A stretch of DNA of 64,000 nt. It comes from Bacteroidia bacterium. GTDB taxonomy: Bacteria > Bacteroidota > Bacteroidia > UKL13-3. Numbering within the stretch: the first letter of the stretch is position 1; each line of letters starts with the position of its first letter. Under the pieces are notes generated by a model. The model made no database searches and was not told the origin of the DNA. It saw nothing but the letters and a program-made list of their open reading frames with translations. Both the position numbers and the translations under genes were made by a program. Positions 57,864 through 64,000 of this stretch are shown one piece after another. Where the stretch lies: NCBI GenBank assembly GCA_014376805.1, contig JACMQU010000178.1, positions 69,181 through 133,180 on the forward strand, in the 5' to 3' direction.

Positions 57864-60337
57864 ACAGCTTTTAAAGGTTCAGGAATACTTAGGTCATAAG
57901 GGTTATTTACCTTTTCATTAAGTAAGGCAATTCCAATTACTTCATGCATTTCTTTTACATAATGAAACACCAGATCGTTTAAATAATCGGCCTTTACTTC
58001 CATTACATCTTTGCGGTTGGCTTCACACAAAATTATATCTGTAATTCCTGCTCTTTTTGCGGCAAGAATTTTTTCTTTTAAGCCACCAATCGGAAGCACT
58101 TTACCTCTTAAAGTAATTTCACCCGTCATAGCCAGGTGCGGCTTTACTTTACGTTGTGTAAATACAGATGCTAAAGAAGTAAGCATGGTTATACCTGCAG
58201 ATGGACCGTCTTTTGGAACAGCACCTGCCGGCACATGTATATGCAAATCATAATTATCAAACACTCTTGGATCAATTTGTAAACTTTTGCAATTAGCCTT
58301 TAAATAACTTAAGGCTGTAATGGCTGATTCTTTCATCACTTCTCCCAGGTGTCCGGTTAAGGTAAGCTTACCTTTGCCCTGAGTTAATATACTTTCCACA
58401 AATAAAATTTCGCCTCCAACGCTGGTCCATGCCAGTCCTGTAACCACTCCGGCCACACCGTTGCCTTGATAAATTTCTTTTTCACCTCTGTCGGCACCCA
58501 GAATTTTTATGATTGTATCAAAGTCTATTTTTTTTGTAAAAGGATTGTTCATCACCTTTTCTTTAGCAACATGACGTGCAATAGAGGCAATCTGTTTTTC
58601 GAGGCCGCGCACACCGCTTTCACGCGTATAGCCATCAATAATTTTTGCCAGAATATCTTCAGAGAGATCAAAGTCTTTGGTTACCAGGCCATGGTTACTT
58701 TTTTGTTTAGGAATCAGGTATTTTTTGGCAATCTGAACTTTCTCTTCCAGTGTATAACCATTAATTTCAATGATCTCCATTCTGTCTAATAATGCAGGCT
58801 GAATAGTATCTAATGAATTGGCAGTGGCAATAAACATTACATGAGAAAGATCGTATTCTATCTCCACATAATTATCATAAAAAGTTGCGTTTTGTTCAGG
58901 GTCTAATACTTCCAGTAAAGCACTAGAGGGGTCTCCTCTAAAACTGTTACCCATTTTGTCTACTTCATCTAAAACAAAAACAGGGTTGTTAATTTTTATT
59001 TTCTTTAAGTTTTGTATTATCCTGCCAGGCATAGCGCCTATATAGGTTCTGCGATGTCCGCGAATTTCGCTTTCATCACTTAATCCGCCTAAGGATACAC
59101 GTGCATATTTGCGACCTAATGCTTTTGCCACCGATTTGCCCAGGGATGTTTTACCCACACCAGGAGGGCCATATAAACAAAGGATCGGACTCTTCATGTC
59201 ATTCTTTAATTTAAGAACAGCTAGGTATTCAAGAATACGTTGTTTTACTTTTTCTAAACCAAAATGATCTTCATTTAAAACTTTTTCGGCTCTTTTTAGA
59301 TCAAAATTATCTTTGCTGTTATCGCTCCATGGCAAATCAAGCAAAAGTTGCAGGTAACTTAGCTGTATACTGTAATCTGGAGCCATTGGGTTGGTTCTGC
59401 GCAATCGTTCCAATTCTTTTTTAAATGCTTCATCAACCTTTTTATTCCATTTTTTCTTTGATGCTAAAAGTAACAAATTTTCCACATCACGCTCAGGCGA
59501 ATCCCCACCCAGTTCTTCCTGTATTGCTTTTATTTGTTGTTGAAGAAAGAAATCACGTTGTTGTTTGTCCAGATCGCCACGCACCTTGCTTTCAATTTGG
59601 GCTTTTAATTCCGTAAATTGGAAATCTTTCTTTAATGCTTCAAGCACTTTTTGTGCACGCATTTTATAGGGAAGTTCTTCCAGAATGGCTTGTTTAACCT
59701 GCAGATCTGCATTTAGGTTAGAGGCTACGAAGTTTACCAGGAAGGTGGGGCTTTTAATATTTTTGATTGCTACCGCAGCCTCACTTGGCATATGTGGCGA
59801 CATGCTGATTATTTTTTGCGCCACATCTTTAATAGATTCGGCTAAAGCTCTTGCCTCTTCATCTTCAATAAAATCTCCTTCTGGAATTGGGGAGATGGAA
59901 CTTTTTATATAAGGTTCTGTTTGTTCAACCTGGTTCAGCAAAAATCTCCTTTTACCTTGTATTACCGCCATGGTGCTGCCATCGGGCATTTTTATCATTC
60001 GTAAAATAACTGCAACGGTACCAATTTTGTGAAGGTCATCAAAACCGGGTTCTTCTGTTTCTGAAGAGATTTGGGCAACCACACCCACCAATTTGTCCTG
60101 TTTTTTATAAGCTTCTTTTAAAAGTTGAATAGATTTGTCTCTTGCTACGGTTATAGGAATAACCACTCCAGGAAAAAGAACTGTATTGCGAAGCGGTAAT
60201 ATTGGCAGGGAATCGGGCAAATCTTCCTTATTCATGCGTTCCTCCTCTTCCTGACTTAACAGGGAAATAAAGTCGGAACTTTCACCATCATCACTTATTA
60301 CATTGCTCAATATCAGATTATCGCGACCATTTTTCAT
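57860..60337 (-). CDS. lon: ATP-dependent protease Lon (endopeptidase La)
   Basis: 825 aa. LON N-domain, AAA+ Walker A (GPPGVGKTS) and Walker B (FVLDEVDK), C-terminal Ser-Lys protease domain (PKDGPSAGI). Confidence 0.9.
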   Translation of the reverse strand: MKNGRDNLILSNVISDDGESSDFISLLSQEEEERMNKEDLPDSLPILPLRNTVLFPGVVIPITVARDKSIQLLKEAYKKQDKLVGVVAQISSETEEPGFDDLHKIGTVAVILRMIKMPDGSTMAVIQGKRRFLLNQVEQTEPYIKSSISPIPEGDFIEDEEARALAESIKDVAQKIISMSPHMPSEAAVAIKNIKSPTFLVNFVASNLNADLQVKQAILEELPYKMRAQKVLEALKKDFQFTELKAQIESKVRGDLDKQQRDFFLQQQIKAIQEELGGDSPERDVENLLLLASKKKWNKKVDEAFKKELERLRRTNPMAPDYSIQLSYLQLLLDLPWSDNSKDNFDLKRAEKVLNEDHFGLEKVKQRILEYLAVLKLKNDMKSPILCLYGPPGVGKTSLGKSVAKALGRKYARVSLGGLSDESEIRGHRRTYIGAMPGRIIQNLKKIKINNPVFVLDEVDKMGNSFRGDPSSALLEVLDPEQNATFYDNYVEIEYDLSHVMFIATANSLDTIQPALLDRMEIIEINGYTLEEKVQIAKKYLIPKQKSNHGLVTKDFDLSEDILAKIIDGYTRESGVRGLEKQIASIARHVAKEKVMNNPFTKKIDFDTIIKILGADRGEKEIYQGNGVAGVVTGLAWTSVGGEILFVESILTQGKGKLTLTGHLGEVMKESAITALSYLKANCKSLQIDPRVFDNYDLHIHVPAGAVPKDGPSAGITMLTSLASVFTQRKVKPHLAMTGEITLRGKVLPIGGLKEKILAAKRAGITDIILCEANRKDVMEVKADYLNDLVFHYVKEMHEVIGIALLNEKVNNPYDLSIPEPLKAV

Positions 60338-60399
60338 ATTTATGTACTAAAATAATTTTACCAAAGGTATCTGTTTAAACAATACCCGTGCCAAGCCTT

Positions 60400-61143
60400 C
60401 TATTCATAGATTCCGGTATATCTGTCCATCATTATTGATGCAGCTATGGCTGCATTAAGGCTTTCTGCTGAACCTACTTTTGGGATACTGATAGTTTGAT
60501 GAATAAAAGTTTTTAAACCATCACTTATTCCTGATCCTTCGTTACCTATAACTAGTATTACATCTTTTGGAAAAGTATATTTATGTGCAGATATACCTTC
60601 TAAACCAGCAGCCAAAATAGGTTGTTTCATTTTAGGCAGCCATTCTGGCAAATCAACATAATATAAATTTACCCGGCAGATAGATCCCATTGTTGCCTGT
60701 ACTACTTTCGGATTGTAGCAATCTGCAGTTTGTTTAGAGCACAATATGTTTTTGATCCCATACCAGTCGGCAACACGTATAATAGTACCCAGGTTGCCAG
60801 GGTCTTGCAGGGTGTCTAATACAATGGTCATCCCTTTAAACAGGTTTACATCAGGTAACAGTTCGGGTATTTTACATAACGCAATTACTTCTCTACTGCT
60901 TTGTAAATTACTTAAATGAGTCATTTCAATTTGGCTTACAAGGGTTATTTCAGTATTTTTACCCACAAGGTTTGCAAATAAATTTAACCAGTTTTCATTG
61001 GTGTATAATCTTGTTACGTTTATTTTTGAACGCAAAAGATCAATAACCGATTTGTTTCCCTCAGCAACAAATAGCTTATTTGCATACCGGTTACTTTTTT
61101 CATTTAACGATTTAACAAATTTAATGTCGGCTTTGGTTAACAT
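60400..61143 (-). CDS. TrmH/SpoU-family RNA 2'-O-methyltransferase
   Basis: SPOUT motifs (VILVIGNEGSGIS, SLNAAIAASI). The likely start is the Met at 61141-61143 (MLTKADIKFVKSL); the longer track ORF start at 61242 is unsupported. Confidence 0.8.
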   Translation of the reverse strand: MLTKADIKFVKSLNEKSNRYANKLFVAEGNKSVIDLLRSKINVTRLYTNENWLNLFANLVGKNTEITLVSQIEMTHLSNLQSSREVIALCKIPELLPDVNLFKGMTIVLDTLQDPGNLGTIIRVADWYGIKNILCSKQTADCYNPKVVQATMGSICRVNLYYVDLPEWLPKMKQPILAAGLEGISAHKYTFPKDVILVIGNEGSGISDGLKTFIHQTISIPKVGSAESLNAAIAASIMMDRYTGIYE

Positions 61144-63439
61144 ACGTATTCCTTTATTTTTTATTTTGCTAGTACTTGTTTTGGCATCATGCAATTTAAA
61201 AAAAGAAGCCAGAAAAGAGGGGATGTATTTGTATAAAAACAAAGTTACAATTAAAGAGGCAAATGATGCCCGTTTTTTTTCTGGCGGATTAGAAGCCTAC
61301 ATTAAACAAAGACCTAATAAACGATTTTTAGGTACTATTAGAATTGGTCTTTATTTATATAAAGCAGGATCCAAAAACGATAAATGGCTTAGTCGTACAT
61401 TACGTTATAAGTTAGGTGAGGCTCCGGTAATTCTGGATTCGGCTTTAATTGAAACGAGTGTAAAGGGCATGCGAACCTATTTAAGAACAAAAGGTTATTA
61501 TTATCCCGGAATAACATATACAGTTGATGGTGAAATTCATAAAGGTAGGGTAATTTATAAAGTTAGTCTTAACAAAGCATACCATATAAGCCATGTATAT
61601 TACCATATCGCAGATGGGCACATTGATTCTTTGATACGATCAAAAAGGGATGAAAGTTTTATAAGAAACGGTAATCAGCTTAAGCAGGAAAATCTATTGA
61701 AAGAACAAACCCGGTTAAGTGATTTGTTAAGGAACCATGGCTACTATACTTTTAATAAAGATCTGATAAAATTTGATATGGATACAGCAGAGGGTAATTA
61801 TTATGCTTCAGTTGGGATCAATATTAACAATGAGGAAAACTTTGAAACTTACAAAACATACAAGGTTAACAAAGTAACTATAGAAATTGATAAGCAGGGT
61901 ACAGATAATTCTGAAAAAATAAAAGATACTTTTAACCTCAGGCGATTTGTTTATATACCACATCACTTCCCTTTAAATCCGGATGTACTGGATCGTACAT
62001 TATTTATAGATACCAACACCCTTTTTAGGCAGGATAGATCTACTGCAACATTTAATCGATTAAACGATTTGCAAATATTTAAAACTGTTAATATTAGTGC
62101 TGTTACGTATAATGAAAAAACGGATAGTGCCGAACTTAATTTTCAGATTAAATTAACGCCTTCCAAAAAATATGACCTTATTTTTGAACCACAGGCGATA
62201 ACTACAGATCAGGCTAACCTTGCAGGTTATTCTACTTTACGAAATTACGGACTTGCTTCACAGGTTACATTGAGTAATAAAAACATTTTTCATAATGCAG
62301 AAATATTGCAATTAAGGTACCGGGCTTCTATTGAAGCACAGAGGGGTGCAAATATACCTACAAGGCCTTTTTTTAATAGTTTTGAAAATAGTTTAAGCGC
62401 AAGTCTTACATTTCCAAGGCTCATTTTTTTTGAACGCATAGACCGTCTGCTTTATAAATTTACAAACAAAAGCGTTATATCTGCTTCTTCCATTTATGAA
62501 AGGAATGTGGATTGGATCAGGAATGTATATACGGTGGGTTTCAGCTATCAGTTTAACCGTAAAAAAACGAAATTCAGTTATTCACCTTTAGAAATAAGTT
62601 ATATTAAAACAGATTTTAACAATGAAAATTTGGCACAACAAAGTAAAAATGATCCGTATTTACAAAGTGTGTTTAATAATAACCTGATTACTGACATGAG
62701 GTTTGGTGTTATATTTAACAATCAAACAGAACTTAAACGAAAAGATTTTTTTTATTTCAGATGTGATCTGGAATTTGCCGGATTTTTGCTTAATAAGGCA
62801 TATGATGTTTTAAATGTGAAAGCCAACGATAGCGGATACAGGAGCTTTTTGGGCGTTAAATATTTTCAGTATGTGAAAACCTATGCAGAAGTTAGGTTCA
62901 ACAAATACATTGATGACAATAACAGGATTGCTACCCGTTTTGCAATTGGAGTTGCTAATCCGTATGGCAATACGCCGGATTATATACCTTTTGATAAAAG
63001 ATTTTTTACCGGTGGCGCTAACAGTATCCGCGCATTTCTTCCAAGGTCAATTGGGCCCGGCTCTTACAACCATTCGGGGCAGTTAGATAGAAGCGGTGAT
63101 GTTAAACTGGAAACTAATATTGAATTCAGGTTCAATTTATATAATCACTTTCTGGAAGGAGCTTTATTTGGCGATGTTGGTAATATATGGCGAATTAAGG
63201 AAGATGGGAGGGATGAAGCGGCATTTAAATTCAATAGCTTTTATAAGCAATTAGGGGTGGGAACCGGAGCAGGTTTAAGACTTAACCTCGACTTTTTAAT
63301 TTTCAGGGTTGATGCCTCCTTTCCAATCTTTGATCCAAGAAAACCAATAGGCCAGCGCTATGTTTTTAAAAGTTATAGCGATCTGGGTGTGTTATGGGGT
63401 TATACTATTTTTAATTTCGGTGTAGGTTATCCATTTTGA
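61124..63439 (+). CDS. Omp85-family (BamA/TamA-like) outer-membrane protein with lipoprotein-type signal
   Basis: Start chosen at the ATG at 61124 (MSALVNIRIPLFFILLVLVLASC, signal peptide plus Cys). C-terminal bacterial-surface-antigen barrel ending FNFGVGYPF. Confidence 0.7.
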   Translation: MSALVNIRIPLFFILLVLVLASCNLKKEARKEGMYLYKNKVTIKEANDARFFSGGLEAYIKQRPNKRFLGTIRIGLYLYKAGSKNDKWLSRTLRYKLGEAPVILDSALIETSVKGMRTYLRTKGYYYPGITYTVDGEIHKGRVIYKVSLNKAYHISHVYYHIADGHIDSLIRSKRDESFIRNGNQLKQENLLKEQTRLSDLLRNHGYYTFNKDLIKFDMDTAEGNYYASVGININNEENFETYKTYKVNKVTIEIDKQGTDNSEKIKDTFNLRRFVYIPHHFPLNPDVLDRTLFIDTNTLFRQDRSTATFNRLNDLQIFKTVNISAVTYNEKTDSAELNFQIKLTPSKKYDLIFEPQAITTDQANLAGYSTLRNYGLASQVTLSNKNIFHNAEILQLRYRASIEAQRGANIPTRPFFNSFENSLSASLTFPRLIFFERIDRLLYKFTNKSVISASSIYERNVDWIRNVYTVGFSYQFNRKKTKFSYSPLEISYIKTDFNNENLAQQSKNDPYLQSVFNNNLITDMRFGVIFNNQTELKRKDFFYFRCDLEFAGFLLNKAYDVLNVKANDSGYRSFLGVKYFQYVKTYAEVRFNKYIDDNNRIATRFAIGVANPYGNTPDYIPFDKRFFTGGANSIRAFLPRSIGPGSYNHSGQLDRSGDVKLETNIEFRFNLYNHFLEGALFGDVGNIWRIKEDGRDEAAFKFNSFYKQLGVGTGAGLRLNLDFLIFRVDASFPIFDPRKPIGQRYVFKSYSDLGVLWGYTIFNFGVGYPF

Positions 63440-63489
63440 TTTGTTTCAAAAATAAAATACGTTAAATATATCCTTTTTTCAGCGTGTAT

Positions 63490-64000
63490 TTATTCCCGGA
63501 TCAAAGTAACAGTTCCATGCACTATTTTTGGTGAACTCATATTAACCATTTTATATTTGAAAATAAAGAAGTACACACCTGCCGGGCATTCTAGTCCGTT
63601 ATTATAGTTTTTCCCATTCCAGTTATTTCCATCATTACCTAAACCGTCCAGGTCTCCCTTATAAACCAAATCTCCCCAACGGTTATAAATGGTTATATCG
63701 TAGAAATTATATCCTATAATATCAATATCAAAAGCATCATTGTTGTCATCATTATTGGGAGTAAATACATTTGGTATATTTAATCTTAAATCTGATCTGA
63801 GAGTTCTTTTACAGATTGAATCATAACAATCCTGAGCATTAAACGATTTAAGGCAAACTAAAAATGTTCCGGAATCACCTGCATAACTGTGCGTGGGATT
63901 TTCTAGAGTTGAAAAATTTCTGGACCCTGATCTTGGCTGTCCAAAGTCCCATTCATACCTAACTGCGTCTATGGAAAGATTTGCAAATTTGATTAATGGA
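63490..64000 (-). CDS. 3' end of a large T9SS cargo protein: PKD domain plus type-B (gliding-motility-associated) C-terminal sorting domain. The 5' end is outside the window.
   Basis: I translated the minus frame by hand. It is open from the window edge to TAA (plus strand tta at 63490-63492). It contains a PKD motif (YEWDFGQPRSGSRNFSTLENPTHSYAGDSGTF) and CHU_C-type blocks (PNVFTPNNDDNNDAF, IYNRWGDLVY, GVYFFIF, HGTVTLIRE). It is missing from the ORF track because no ATG/GTG/TTG-initiated segment in this frame reaches 60 aa. Confidence 0.7.
   Translation of the reverse strand, partial: PLIKFANLSIDAVRYEWDFGQPRSGSRNFSTLENPTHSYAGDSGTFLVCLKSFNAQDCYDSICKRTLRSDLRLNIPNVFTPNNDDNNDAFDIDIIGYNFYDITIYNRWGDLVYKGDLDGLGNDGNNWNGKNYNNGLECPAGVYFFIFKYKMVNMSSPKIVHGTVTLIRE

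Noticed and set aside
60998-61242. Longer N-terminal extensions proposed by the ORF track for the TrmH gene (start 61242) and the Omp85 gene (start 60998)
   Set aside because: The extensions lack family-typical sequence. The signal peptide of the Omp85 protein and the conserved TrmH N-terminus both begin at internal Met codons (61124 and 61143). The extended versions would overlap each other by more than 240 bp on opposite strands.
1-64000. Searched for tRNA, rRNA, CRISPR repeats, and integrase/transposase/recombinase genes that would indicate a mobile element or island boundary
   Set aside because: None found. No GTTCGAATC-type T-arm motifs in intergenic regions, no regularly spaced direct repeats, and no recombinase-like ORFs. 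The polysaccharide locus appears to be a classical chromosomal serotype locus, not an integrated element.

Overview
This 64 kb window looks like Bacteroidota chromosome (AT-rich, lipoprotein-type signal peptides, Bacteroidetes-style LPS and T9SS genes), not a mobile element. There are no rRNA or tRNA genes, no CRISPR array, and no integrases or transposases.

The first 27 kb is mostly housekeeping. It encodes a partial SNF2 helicase, an acyl-CoA carboxylase carboxyltransferase, dxr and rseP. These are followed by tag, purB, rpsP and rimM, an ABC/ABC-2/MFS transporter operon, and a long minus-strand unit (TPR lipoprotein, beta-barrel OMP, murA, a CXXC-less TlpA-like protein, grpE, dnaJ).

The middle of the window is accessory-like. 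An overlapping PAP2 phosphatase/ArnT-like (GT39/GT83) pair (27876..30139) sits behind a palindromic terminator-like hairpin. A TonB-dependent receptor follows. Then comes a 16.5 kb Wzx/Wzy-type polysaccharide (O-antigen or capsule) locus at 32570..49018: Wza-like exporter, Wzz-like protein, two tandem FdtA/WxcM cupin isomerases, a WecD-like acetyltransferase, a DegT aminotransferase, Wzx, a possible WecF-like transferase, Wzy, and seven GT2/GT4 glycosyltransferases. Its core gene order resembles the enterobacterial common antigen cluster.

The last 15 kb returns to housekeeping genes (RidA, DEAD-box helicase, fabI, M1 peptidase, thiolase, RluA, lon, TrmH, an Omp85 protein). It ends with an un-called partial gene encoding a PKD domain plus a T9SS type-B C-terminal sorting domain.

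The most unusual items are: two tandem paralogous secreted proteins of unknown family (16922..18620) behind a long dyad-rich leader; the TPR lipoprotein plus beta-barrel pair fused to the murA/chaperone operon; the regulated PAP2/ArnT pair; and the chimeric FdtA plus ECA-like sugar pathway. All functions are inferred by eye from sequence motifs, with no database searches.
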